DNA from: Nitrososphaeraceae archaeon | GTDB taxonomy: Archaea; Thermoproteota; Nitrososphaeria; Nitrososphaerales; Nitrososphaeraceae | DNA length: 64,000 bases | Assembly (NCBI GenBank): GCA_035297365.1 | Contig: DATGZA010000015.1 | Coordinates: 1 to 64,000, forward strand | Direction of reading: 5' to 3' | Part shown: piece after piece, positions 1 to 10,756 of the stretch | Position numbering within the stretch: position 1 is the stretch's first letter | Layout of the letters: every line of letters begins with the position of its first letter | Notes under the pieces: model-generated | What the model was told of the DNA's origin: nothing | Seen by the model: the letters and a program-made list of their open reading frames with translations, nothing else | Database searches by the model: none | Program-made: the position numbers and the translations under genes

Positions 1-504
1 GCAAAAGAGATGATTGGTTTATTTCTCCAAATTCAGTTAATTTTGTTAAAATGTCTATTATTAAATAAATTCTGTCTCTCTGCAATAATCAATAAACCTG
101 CTTTGTATGGATATTTAAAATAAGATATCTCTTAAGTCTTACTCTATTTCAGTCAACCCACCAGATGTGTTAGGCTTTTTTTTCTTAATATACACGGTTG
201 ACGGATTAGAGGAATTCAAGATAAAAGCAATTTTTTGTTGTTATAATGATGTATGAATTATCCACGTGTTTTAAATTAAGCTCATTCTGCATCACATGTA
301 TCTTCTAATCTTTTTATACTTCATAGGCCAGCATTTTTAAAACTTTTGACAGAAACAAATTAACATTCATTATGAAGACATACTAAACATAGGGTATGAG
401 ATCATAATCAATAATTATTTGTTGCTAAGTATGCGATACATATACTGTGTTCTTCATATTCTTTATCAAAAAAAGTTCGAATTTGCTTTGATCCAAAGAA
501 TCAA

Positions 505-578
505 TGGGGTCGGCCGGATTTGAACCGGCGAACTCCAGCGCCCAAGGCTGGCATCATACCAAGCTAGACAACGACCCC
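505..578 (-). tRNA. tRNA-Pro(TGG), no intron, CCA not encoded
   Basis: Reverse complement GGGGTCG...CGACCCC-A acceptor stem; D-loop AGCTTGGTA; anticodon arm CCAGC-CT-TGG-GC-GCTGG; T-arm GCCGG-TTCAAAT-CCGGC. Confidence 0.97.
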
Positions 579-674
579 TTATTTTACAATTAAATAATGT
601 TTTTTTTAGTATATAATTTTAAGCTTCGGAAGTTTTCTTTTAAACTATTGTAGTTTTAAAATTAGACTAAAGAA

Positions 675-1568
675 TCATGCAGTAATGACTTCCACGATAT
701 TTTCAATAGGTATTATGGTGTGTTCAGATTGGGCCACTGTCATTCCTTTACCCTCTATTAAAACTGGGTATGCATGAACATTTTTCCTTTTTTTTAGTTT
801 TTCTAGTAAGTCTCTTGCTTTTTTCTCTTCATGAGAATCAAGTAACCACCTCAACGCAAAAGGCAATGATCTAAATCTATTCCATAATTCGTTTAAAAAC
901 TCGTCAGTCTCCTTCTCTTTTGTAGGTTTTCTTGACACTATTGCAAAAATATTTGCGATTTTTCCTTCATGTACTATCCCTAATCCATTCTTGACGGTTA
1001 CAAAGGGTTCTATTGCATATATGTGATTAGTTTCTAATCGAAAAGAACCAAATGTATCGATATTGGGAATTGATTTTCCAGCATGAATTGTGTATTGTTC
1101 TAATGAATGGCCACTCAAGTTCTTTATAGGTATAAATCCACCTTTTATGATGCTACTTTCGATTACCTTTCCAATATCAGACGATTTAACACCAGTTTTG
1201 GCTATTTTTAACGCCTCATTTAATGCGATTTCTGAGGATCTTACCAAAGACTCAAATTCTGGATTGTAACAAACAGTTACAGCAGTATCAGCTATATATC
1301 CATCAACATGAACTCCTATATCTATTTTTAAAATGTCACCATCTTTTACCGGAATGGGATCGTTAGGTTCTGCCGTATAATGTGCAGCAATTTCATTTAG
1401 ACTAACATTGACTGGAAATGCGGGTTCTGCTCCTTTTTTCCTTATTTCTATTTCTATTTCTTCACAGATTTTAAACATAGTTGATCCAATATGGTTTTTT
1501 TCCCTAGCATTTTCTCTAACTGCACTCGCTATCTTTCCAGCCTTTCTATAGCATTCTAAAAAATCCAT
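675..1568 (-). CDS. map: Methionine aminopeptidase type II
   Basis: AAHYTA, DIGVHVDGYIADTA, GHSL..Y.IHAG, AIEPF and EHT metal-binding motifs. Confidence 0.95.
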   Translation of the reverse strand: MDFLECYRKAGKIASAVRENAREKNHIGSTMFKICEEIEIEIRKKGAEPAFPVNVSLNEIAAHYTAEPNDPIPVKDGDILKIDIGVHVDGYIADTAVTVCYNPEFESLVRSSEIALNEALKIAKTGVKSSDIGKVIESSIIKGGFIPIKNLSGHSLEQYTIHAGKSIPNIDTFGSFRLETNHIYAIEPFVTVKNGLGIVHEGKIANIFAIVSRKPTKEKETDEFLNELWNRFRSLPFALRWLLDSHEEKKARDLLEKLKKRKNVHAYPVLIEGKGMTVAQSEHTIIPIENIVEVITA

Positions 1569-2249
1569 CTAATTGATTTCATATCTGTAATATATAAAAT
1601 TGTTTTAAATCATACAATTTTATAAAATTCAATAACATGGTATTTAATCTACTATAATTTGAGACTTTGGTATTGTTATATCAAGTTATTTGCTGATTAA
1701 ATATCAATTACTTTCATTATAACTGAAATCACCGAATAGAATTCTTTTCTTAAAATAAAATCATTCTAGTCTATTTTATCAATTTTGCTCTTTATTTTCA
1801 TTCAATATTATTAAAGATCAGTATAAGGAAATGTGTTTGTTTGGTGTGAGTGAAAGATAATATTATAACACAAAACAATAATACAATAAAAAATCTTCAT
1901 TTCACGATAGTAAGATATTATATTATATTACGATATATTTGTCATTTATATAAATTAGACAAAAACGGATAAATGAAACTATCTGGTCCTCGATCTTTTT
2001 ATTACTTTAAAATAATATTTAGCTATATAATTTCGATGGTTTCAACATTTCGTGATCCAAATAATCCTGAATATTAACTATCTTTGATTAATAACTTCAA
2101 AGAAGTCATCAAACCTTCTAATTCCAAATTCAATTTAAATTGAGTAATTAACAACTAATTTTCTCGTGATTCATTACATTAACTATAACATTAAGATTAT
2201 TCTAATTAATATTATTTTTATATTTCAGCATGTCAATAGGATAATTAGT

Positions 2250-2468
2250 ATGACAGAAGATCTCAAAGGTACCAAAGAAAGAAAGTTCGCTATCGCGACT
2301 TTATTGATGCCTGATGGAAAAAATTATGAAATTCCCCTAGTTAGAAAGACTTTTAGTACTGGTAGAGAAGGATATTACGCACAGATCCCTTCATTTGTAT
2401 ATGCCGATGAGGTTTATGGAGGACAAATACAAGTTTGGAAAAAGGGTGGAACGAAAGACAAGACTTAA
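2250..2468 (+). CDS. Small hypothetical protein (72 aa; ATG at 2250 preferred over upstream GTG 2166)
   Basis: Coding-like composition from MTEDLKG; contains KTFSTGREGYY; T-rich tract downstream. Confidence 0.7.
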   Translation: MTEDLKGTKERKFAIATLLMPDGKNYEIPLVRKTFSTGREGYYAQIPSFVYADEVYGGQIQVWKKGGTKDKT

Positions 2469-2545
2469 TTTTAAATACCTTTTTTAGCTATAATTTTATT
2501 TTTTGATTAAATAAAAATAAATTTAGTTAAAATATCTTTTTTCTT

Positions 2546-3835
2546 GTGAAAGTAAAAAATAGCAAGAATTCAGTTAGAATCATCTACGTAATTTTGGATG
2601 GAATTGGCGATCTTCCTCATGAATCTCTTGATAATTTGACTCCTCTGGCTGCAGCATATACTCCTAATCTTGATAAGATTGCAAGTAATGGTAGTATGGG
2701 GCAAGTAATTACTGTGGGTAAGGGAATAGCTCCTCAATCAGACATAGCAGTATTTAATATGTTAGGATATAATTTTAGGGATACTCCTTATGTCGGGCGA
2801 GGTGTTGTAGAATCTATTGGATGTGGCATAGATTTTCAGAAAGGAGATTTAGCATTAAGAGGGAATTTTGCAACAGTTGACACCGGGTTAAAAATTGTAG
2901 ATAGACGTGCAGGACGTATTATCACGGACGAAGAAGCCAGATCGGTCTGTGAAACACTTAACAAAAAAATTACTTTTCAGGATCCAGATGCTTCCGTTGT
3001 TGTTGTTCCTACCATTGCTCATCGAGTTACTATAAGATTTAGGCACAAAAAGACAAAACTTTCTGATCAAATAACTAATACTGATCCTGCGTATGATAAA
3101 GTAAATGGTATTGGAATTGCAAAAACAGATATTGAACAGATACATGTTCTGAAATCTGAGCCACAAAATAATGATCCATCCTCAAGAATTTCAGCAGACC
3201 TGGTTAATGATTTTACAAACCAAGTTATTTCCTTGACAAAAAACCATCCCATAAATCTTTCTAGAATCCAAAGAAATTTGAATCCTATGAATTGTATTTT
3301 AGTCAGAGATGCAGGTAACGAATTGCCAAATTATGTGCCTATAAATAACAAATATGATCTCGATTTTGTATCTATTGTTGACATGCCAGTTGAAATAGGA
3401 ATATCAAAAATATTAAAAATGGATTCAATTCGTGCAGGGAATGTCAATGACTATATTACAAAAGCAAAGGTCACTGCTGAGAAATTGAACAAGTATAATG
3501 TGGTATATGTGCACATAAAAGGACCAGATGAGTTTGGTCATGATGGTGACGCTATTGGAAAACAAAAGAACATAGAAAAAATTGACGAAAATTTCTTTGG
3601 AACTTTAATTGCTGATTTGAACGTCGATGATGCCATTATCATGGTTTCGGGAGACCATTCAACTCCTTGTGTTAAAAAGAGCCATAGTGATGACCCTGTT
3701 CCCCTCTTGATATCCGGTAACCAAATTCCAAAAGACGGCAGCAAGAGATTCACTGAATTTTTTGCTAAAAAAGGAAATCTAGGTACGCTAATGGGATCAG
3801 AAATATTGGATATGGTTATCAAAATGATAAGATAA
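2546..3835 (+). CDS. apgM: 2,3-bisphosphoglycerate-independent phosphoglycerate mutase (archaeal type)
   Basis: ILDGIGD, TPL.AA.TPNLD, SDIA, RGNFATVD, DRRAGR, HIKGPDEFGHDG, GDHSTP. Confidence 0.93.
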   Translation: MKVKNSKNSVRIIYVILDGIGDLPHESLDNLTPLAAAYTPNLDKIASNGSMGQVITVGKGIAPQSDIAVFNMLGYNFRDTPYVGRGVVESIGCGIDFQKGDLALRGNFATVDTGLKIVDRRAGRIITDEEARSVCETLNKKITFQDPDASVVVVPTIAHRVTIRFRHKKTKLSDQITNTDPAYDKVNGIGIAKTDIEQIHVLKSEPQNNDPSSRISADLVNDFTNQVISLTKNHPINLSRIQRNLNPMNCILVRDAGNELPNYVPINNKYDLDFVSIVDMPVEIGISKILKMDSIRAGNVNDYITKAKVTAEKLNKYNVVYVHIKGPDEFGHDGDAIGKQKNIEKIDENFFGTLIADLNVDDAIIMVSGDHSTPCVKKSHSDDPVPLLISGNQIPKDGSKRFTEFFAKKGNLGTLMGSEILDMVIKMIR

Positions 3836-3877
3836 TTTTACTTAAATTTTATTTTTTCTTATTTTAAAATTTATCAA

Positions 3878-4285
3878 TTAAAACTTGCTTCCAATTAAAT
3901 TATCTTTACATAGCTCGCATACCTGCTCATCTATGTTTGATTCTATCTTGTGATGAACATCGCAAATAATGAAAGAGTATCTCATGAAATTGCAAAGCTC
4001 TACGAATTTTGCCATTGTACCTGGAGTATATGCTCTATTTGATACCAAGTCTTGGGCGATATCATCTACCTTTCTCATTATCTCGTGAATAGATGATAAT
4101 TTATCTATTAGTTCTAAGTCACCTCTTGTTCCCCTTATGTAGTTGCTTATTGCTGCTTGGGTAACTCCTAATACCTTAGCAACAACTTCTTCTTTCATTT
4201 TGTATTCAGTGATTAATTTTTTCGCAAGGATAGCTCTAATTGCTGGAATGAGTGACTTTGCTTCAATTTCTGCAGGTAAAAGCAT
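3878..4285 (-). CDS. XRE-type HTH transcriptional regulator with C-terminal Cys/His cluster
   Basis: VAKVLGVTQAAISNYIRG HTH; ICDVHH...CELC. Confidence 0.85.
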   Translation of the reverse strand: MLLPAEIEAKSLIPAIRAILAKKLITEYKMKEEVVAKVLGVTQAAISNYIRGTRGDLELIDKLSSIHEIMRKVDDIAQDLVSNRAYTPGTMAKFVELCNFMRYSFIICDVHHKIESNIDEQVCELCKDNLIGSKF

Positions 4286-4794
4286 CTAATGGTTAATTAT
4301 AACACAAATTATATAAATTTTCTTTATCTTAGTATCTTAATATATCAAAAGTCTCTATTTTAGTATGTATTTGCACCTTCAAGAAAATTTTTCAGAAGTC
4401 GATTGTATTACCAATCTTTTTTATTCTGTTAATGATGCCACAATGGACTATTTAGCAGGAAGTTTCCCATCTCAATTTGTGAAGCATCCGGTTAATAATC
4501 ACTTTATTCCTAGCTTGTCGCATATTTGTCATAGGGGTAATTTTTAATCTGAATTTTAGAACCAGTATCTGTATAATACTCTAATTCTATCAAACAATCT
4601 CTTATATTTCAATAATAAAGAATTCAATACTTAAGTGTATATTTAAAATACGACCTTTTCATAATTTCACATCTACTAAATCGAATAGGAAATGTTCTTA
4701 TAATTAGTTACATATAGATATTGCATTATGAAAAATATAAATGTAATATTATACTTTAAAAAATGTTTATATAATTATTGAATGAAAAGACTAT

Positions 4795-5109
4795 ATGAAA
4801 TTAGGTGTAAAACTTCTGATCATTGCTTCTCTCTTATCAATTCTCCATGCTTATTTGTTTGATAAAGCTTATACATATGACCCTTTTTTTGAAGACCCTA
4901 CAGAAGCAGGTATGTACCTGAAATTGTCAGAATTGATCAAGAGTACCGGTAATAATGTGAATCAAACTATTCAAGCGATTCAATCCGGTGATACTGAAAC
5001 TGCGTTACATATTTTATCTAATGTAACTGAGAATATTCAAGAGATTTCAAATGGACTTGACGTCTTTGCATCAGTGCCAATTTCATCAGAAGAAACGACA
5101 GATGACTAA
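4795..5109 (+). CDS. Small secreted helical protein
   Basis: N-terminal signal-like segment; IQAIQSGDTETALHIL motif. Confidence 0.7.
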   Translation: MKLGVKLLIIASLLSILHAYLFDKAYTYDPFFEDPTEAGMYLKLSELIKSTGNNVNQTIQAIQSGDTETALHILSNVTENIQEISNGLDVFASVPISSEETTDD

Positions 5110-5833
5110 ACATATTTTTTAAAAAACATCATTAGATCATTAGCCTGCTGTTTTTGTTGTTGAAATTTTCAATTTAATAACGTTAATAATAATTCAGTGA
5201 CCAAAAAACTAATCTTGTCTAGTTGGCTAATGCTATAAATTAATATCAAAAACATTAGTGAAAATCTATGATGATAAAAGAGGAGGCAAATCGGCAAAGG
5301 ATTGTCTTGAAAGAATACACAAAATCACATTTAGGGTAATAACTGAATATAACCCTACTGACAGGCTGAATTAGGAACAAAGAGAGATATTCTTGCAGAT
5401 AAAGATGGTATTTCACTGTATGGGTTTATAACATTAGTCAATTATTATTATATTACTAGTGCAATTTATACATTTGAAAATATGGTTATCATGAAATCAC
5501 CACGATCAACTACACAAGACCGAAAGAAAAAGGGGAATCTATTTGTTCATATAGCAGATCAATCGAAGTATGTAGAATATTAAACTATCATGAGAAAGAA
5601 GAGACAAAGGTATCAGAGAAGACAACATGCAGCAAGTGGATTGGCTATGGAAGTAAGAAATTCATGCATAAGAGATTCAGGATGTTATTTACAGGCTATA
5701 AAAAGAAAAAAGAACCCCATGTTTATGTGATACATTAGTAAGCAATATGATTGTCTATTGGATGATAATTTTGAATTTAGCTCTAATATTTAAGATTTTC
5801 ATGACCTGTTAAAAAATAAAAATCTTGTATGAA

Positions 5834-6094
5834 TTATGGACAGTCCTTGCTACCATCTGGTAAAGTCATACAATCTTCTTCAATGTTGACATCTTCAGCA
5901 TCTAAAAGCGTGTTATTTGGATTGCTAATTGCAGTATTGTTCTCTATGATTTGTGTATTCTCGTCTCCAGCAATTTTATCGAAATCTTGTATCGTTTCTC
6001 CCTGAGCGTAAGCATTATTTCCGGTGTATAGGTAACCCTGCAATCCTAAGGAAAAAATTCCTGCGAACATAAAGAAAATTTTTGTATTTTCCAT
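5834..6094 (-). CDS. Small secreted acidic protein
   Basis: Signal peptide ending AYAQ; C-terminal C-x8-C (CMTLPDGSKDC). Confidence 0.7.
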   Translation of the reverse strand: MENTKIFFMFAGIFSLGLQGYLYTGNNAYAQGETIQDFDKIAGDENTQIIENNTAISNPNNTLLDAEDVNIEEDCMTLPDGSKDCP

Positions 6095-6245
6095 CTTATT
6101 TTGTAATGTAAAAGATTATTATGAAAATTTATCTTTCTATTTACGAATAAAAAATAATCGCTATTTTATTTTTTTTTAAAAATTATTACTTGCTAAACCG
6201 AATTGACTCTATCCATTCACTCTAACAACTTACAGACACAACTTA

Positions 6246-6704
6246 TCATTTAGGGAATACAATGAATTGTCCACTCATAGTTGGTTCATGATATTCGCAG
6301 TAGAATCTATAAATTCCAGGTTGATCTGCATTAATAGTTACATTTCCATTTTTGCCCGGTGCCAAGTCTATATTGATATCATATGGTGCATTTATAGTAA
6401 ATGAGTGTCGATCGGCATTTGGCGCTTCCTGATTGTACATAAATATCTTGACTTCGTCCCCCTCATTGACCTCTAATGTTGTTTGAGAGAAAACATCTGG
6501 TGGAAATTCTGTCACGTTAAATGCAGGCAGTTCAGAATTAAATAAGAAAAAAAAAGGTTTCTCTGTTTGCGAAGTTTCTTCAGTTTTTTCTTTGGTTTCA
6601 TTACCTGTGGTTTGTGCCACTCCTTGTGATGTTGATAAATTGGTTAAAATCGCTAGAATTAATAATGTGATCATTGGAATTAAGCGATTATTAAGTTTAT
6701 ACAT
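6246..6704 (-). CDS. Secreted cupredoxin (blue copper) domain protein
   Basis: Signal peptide; V.EGD.V, HSF, PGIYRFYCEYHEPTM gives a H/C/H/M type-1 Cu ligand set. Confidence 0.9.
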   Translation of the reverse strand: MYKLNNRLIPMITLLILAILTNLSTSQGVAQTTGNETKEKTEETSQTEKPFFFLFNSELPAFNVTEFPPDVFSQTTLEVNEGDEVKIFMYNQEAPNADRHSFTINAPYDINIDLAPGKNGNVTINADQPGIYRFYCEYHEPTMSGQFIVFPK

Positions 6705-6867
6705 TATTTTTAAATGACCAAAGATATATTTAATATTTACTGAAATTTGATTCTATTACGTATAAAAGAATAAAAATAATTTTTGAAAACCAAAATAATA
6801 TTATCATCACATATTTAGTTATAGACCCTTTTTCATTTAATAAAAGTACTTATTTGCAGTGAGTTAA

Positions 6868-7251
6868 TATGACAGGGACGCCAATGAAAAGAGGGTTAAA
6901 GTTCAATATTACAAAGGTCCTCATACAGACATAAATAAATTATATAATTCTATAAAAGGGGGAATTCAGGAGCAAGCAAATTTACAAATTGTTACGGAGT
7001 TCATAGAAGACTTAAATAATGTACCGCTAATAAGTATCGCAACAGTAAAGAGATCTCTTAAAGTAATAGCTGGTTTACCAAATGATATTCATTTTTTAAT
7101 AACAGGAAAACCAGCTGAATATGTAATGAAGGTTGGTTCGAATGGTCGATTTTTTAGCTTATTGTTTACTGGATCCATTGATTTTTTGGCTGGGACCCGT
7201 ATATTTGGCAAGAAGAGTAACTGTGGGTGGTACTCTGGCATATTAATTTGA
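6868..7251 (+). pseudogene. Probable decayed gene: 127-codon open frame lacking an N-terminal start
   Basis: Stop-free frame YDRDANEKRVKVQYYKGP...HFLITGKPAEYVMKVGS...*; nearby ATGs (e.g. 6869) are in another frame. Confidence 0.4.
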
Positions 7252-7591
7252 AAAACATATCTGGAAAAAGATGCTTGAAGAAGTCAAAAAAAGTAAAGTA
7301 TCCCCAACGATGGATAACATAGAGCATTATAACTAGTAATTATTACTCATATCTTGCAAATTTTTCATTTCATTCTTTGTGATATCCAATAAGAATTCGT
7401 TTAATAAATTATTCCAGTTGATCTATGTTTGCTTATAAAATGACTGCTGGTCTTCTGGATGATTTGGTGTAAATTTGGAAAACTTAACAAATTGGTCGAA
7501 TAATAAAATTTATCTATGACAGTAAAACATTCTATTATTGTTTGAAGTTTTCAAAAAAAGATACAAAAATATGTAAATTTGAATTAGATTA

Positions 7592-8116
7592 CTAGAGTAA
7601 TTCGGAAAAAGAACATCGAAAATTAGCTAAATACATACCAAACTCACAATTTATTATGCCTGATACAGTGTCTGAATTTTCAGACTCTTTTATAGCCCTA
7701 TCGAATTCAATTGAAATCTTATCATCTATTTGTTGTTTACTTGCAAATGGGTTGGATAATGTAGTATTGTTTGAGTGATCAGCGCCATTTTGAATTTTTA
7801 CATATCCTATTGTAGGTGACTTATTAAAATCATCTATTATTGTATTTTTTATTAAATTTGTCTCTTTGATTATATTACTATTGCTTCCTGTAACTGTGAA
7901 ATTAGTGTCAAAATCAATTATACTTGAATAGCTTGAAATAGATTGTATATTCCTCATATTCATCATCACACTTACCGTCGATTTTTCATTTCCTAATTCT
8001 TCATCTTGTGCAAAAATGAGGTTATGGAAATTTAGGGGAGAGAATGAGGCAAGAAACAAAATTAGAGCTCCAATTGTTAATACTATTATTTTCATGAATT
8101 TACTACTACAATTCAT
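7592..8116 (-). CDS. Secreted hypothetical protein
   Basis: Signal peptide (IFAQ); NPFAS and C-terminal CEFG...FRC. Confidence 0.75.
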   Translation of the reverse strand: MNCSSKFMKIIVLTIGALILFLASFSPLNFHNLIFAQDEELGNEKSTVSVMMNMRNIQSISSYSSIIDFDTNFTVTGSNSNIIKETNLIKNTIIDDFNKSPTIGYVKIQNGADHSNNTTLSNPFASKQQIDDKISIEFDRAIKESENSDTVSGIINCEFGMYLANFRCSFSELL

Positions 8117-8192
8117 TATAAAACTTTGTCGACTTTCTAAACATTGATCTTTAAAATAAAAATTATAAAAGGTTGATACTTTAATGAAATAA

Positions 8193-9668
8193 TTGAATCA
8201 TTTGATCTATTTTCTTTTGATTAGCATATTTTTTGTGTTTTATACCTCTGATATCTATGCAATTTCTCCAACATTCAGTAGAACGATAATTCAGGATAAA
8301 ACTAGTGATGTAACAGTATTAGATGAAAATTTAACAGATGATAGTGAACTTTCAAGAATTAAATCATTGGTTAACATAGAAACTGCTTCAATCTCAAGTA
8401 ACGGAACTCATTTAGAAATAAAAATATTTTCTGAAGATTTACCTTCAGAAGTGTTTCAATTTTTAAAGAACAATAACTCGAATGAAGTTTTCATTAACGT
8501 TTTGATAAATTCGGATGATGATGTTGATACGGGGTTTTTAGGATATGATTATAGATACTTAATAAATCACAATAATTCAAAAACGATAGAAAATAACAAT
8601 TTAGATTTTAAATCAAATACAACAGGTACAGCCAAATCACTACATTACTACGGTTTAGTATCCAATCAAGATTTTCAAAATAGTTCACTTCCTCTGGAGT
8701 TTGAATTCACAGAATCATTTGATTACTTTAATTGGACAATTGCTGGGTATGAAATAATTGACTATAATTACGAACCATTATTTTTTAGTTCAGTCGCTGA
8801 TTACAAATATTTGTCCTTTATTCCTGACGGAATTAAGGTCGTAATTGATTTAAAACAAATGAATTATCCAAATAGTTATTCTATATTACTTCAATTAGGG
8901 GCAAAATCGAAGTATTACAAGCTAATGGATACCATTGGACAGCTTCATTTTCCTGCTCCAAGCCTGTCAATTGGCAATAAAGCCATAAATGTATACCCTG
9001 GAAAACATTCTGATATTTTAATTTTCAACAGTACGTCCAATAACGATCTCTTTGTAGATGTAAATATATCTAATAAAACTTATCCGAAGGAAATTAATAT
9101 AAACTTCCCTCAGGGAAGCAAACTAAATTTATTTGGCGGATCGGGGTCAATACCAGTTGATTTTAATATAGCTCCAAAAATCGACTTTAAAAATTATATT
9201 GTACCATTAAATTTATCTTATAGTATAGTCGACTCACAAAGTCTTGATTATAATCAAACTAGTCCATTAACTCAAGTACATAATTATTCAAAAATTCTTT
9301 ATTTGGGTTTGAATGTTCAAAAATCTTCCCCATTCCTATTTTCGTTGCCTGAAATTCCCGCTAGTTATATGGCTGTTATTTTAACAGCTCTCTTTACTAT
9401 ATTTATTCCATCTATATCGCGTCAGGTTAATGATTACAATAAAAAGCGTATCGCTAGCAGCCATCTTAGAAAAATTTATAAAAATTATGATGAAAATAAT
9501 ATCCCTAAATCGATACATAATGTTAAGAATGCTATAGAGATTATTAAACATGAATTTATTAGAGGAAGAATAACTAAAGATCAATATACTATACTAATTG
9601 AAAAATTTTATGATATGCTAAAAGAGCTAACTGACAGAAATAAGGATAAATCGAACCAAAGTAAATAG
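8193..9668 (+). CDS. Exported, C-terminally membrane-anchored hypothetical protein
   Basis: Signal peptide, DDDVDTG loop, many N-x-S/T sequons, TM segment near residue 400. Confidence 0.8.
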   Translation: MNHLIYFLLISIFFVFYTSDIYAISPTFSRTIIQDKTSDVTVLDENLTDDSELSRIKSLVNIETASISSNGTHLEIKIFSEDLPSEVFQFLKNNNSNEVFINVLINSDDDVDTGFLGYDYRYLINHNNSKTIENNNLDFKSNTTGTAKSLHYYGLVSNQDFQNSSLPLEFEFTESFDYFNWTIAGYEIIDYNYEPLFFSSVADYKYLSFIPDGIKVVIDLKQMNYPNSYSILLQLGAKSKYYKLMDTIGQLHFPAPSLSIGNKAINVYPGKHSDILIFNSTSNNDLFVDVNISNKTYPKEININFPQGSKLNLFGGSGSIPVDFNIAPKIDFKNYIVPLNLSYSIVDSQSLDYNQTSPLTQVHNYSKILYLGLNVQKSSPFLFSLPEIPASYMAVILTALFTIFIPSISRQVNDYNKKRIASSHLRKIYKNYDENNIPKSIHNVKNAIEIIKHEFIRGRITKDQYTILIEKFYDMLKELTDRNKDKSNQSK

Positions 9669-9904
9669 GTTTGAAAAATATAACAACCTACGGTTATTCT
9701 TGATTACTTAAACCATATCTTTCTTGGTTAGTGATTTTTTTTAATAAACAGATATTTATATTACTGCTTGTGCCTGTTCTCTTTTTATTGTTGTTATTTA
9801 ACACAGCTAGTTAAACATATTTTTCAAATGTTTTAACATCTAAAAATATTATAAAAAAAATTTTATCATCTTATTGAAGAATTAAATAATAATCAAAAAT
9901 ATGA

Positions 9905-10342
9905 TTAATCTGGAGCAAAACCATGGTAATATGGTATTTGTCGGAATTCATCTTTTGGAATGGTCTCAACAAGTGAGATCAGATAGCCATCAGGATCCTC
10001 TATTATGACATTTTTTGAATCTGGTCCTTGCGTTGCTTTACTATGAATTTTAGCATTTTTCTGAATGAGATTATTGTGAATTTCATCAAAATTATTAATC
10101 AGAAAAGTTATCATTATGTTTCCATTGTGGGGGACCTGAGTGTTTTTGTTTTCTTCTGAATTTTTATTTTCTAACACAAAGTTGATACTGTCTGATCCTT
10201 TATACGAAAATTCTATTCTATTGTCATTTATTTGATTTACATTTATTCCCAAGACATTCTTGTAAAATTCTAAAGATTTTTTAATATCAGAAACCAATAT
10301 TGAGATGCCTTTTATTTTGTAAGACATATCGATTCTTATCAC
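9905..10342 (-). CDS. VOC/glyoxalase family protein
   Basis: ILVSDIKKSLEFYKNVLG; IEDPDGYLISL. Confidence 0.9.
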   Translation of the reverse strand: MIRIDMSYKIKGISILVSDIKKSLEFYKNVLGINVNQINDNRIEFSYKGSDSINFVLENKNSEENKNTQVPHNGNIMITFLINNFDEIHNNLIQKNAKIHSKATQGPDSKNVIIEDPDGYLISLVETIPKDEFRQIPYYHGFAPD

Positions 10343-10756
10343 TAACTTATATATAACTTAATGTTATTCTAGTAAGTTTTAAATAATAAAAATCTTTTAA
10401 TCAAATTAAATTTTCTAAATACATGTAATTTGAATCTTTTAAATGAAAATCCTACACGATAAACTTTTATATGTTGTTCTAAATTTTGTAATTTATTTTT
10501 TCTAATTTTATTTTTTTGTATTATTATATCATATAGTTGAAATTTTTTCGGAGTATTCTAAAAAATTCCCCTTGCTTTTATAGTATAAATTTTATAAAAA
10601 TTCAATTGATATTTGAAATTTATTCACATTTTAATATATTTTTTCTATTCTATCTAAAAATGCATAAATATGGTTGAAGTTCTTTTCAACAATTGTGGTT
10701 GTCAACAACTTTTTAGTAATCTTTAATATCTTGAAAAGCGGGGAGATAATATAATC

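Noticed and set aside
505-578. tRNA-Pro as an integration site or intron-containing tRNA
   Set aside because: The cloverleaf is complete without an insert; no duplicated 3' end or integrase seen in the window
5270-5740. Purine-rich coding-like fragments, possibly an integrase or transposase relic
   Set aside because: No catalytic motif could be identified
10673-10690. GTTGAA-N6-TTCAAC palindrome upstream of the LLM oxidoreductase
   Set aside because: Short enough to occur by chance in AT-rich DNA
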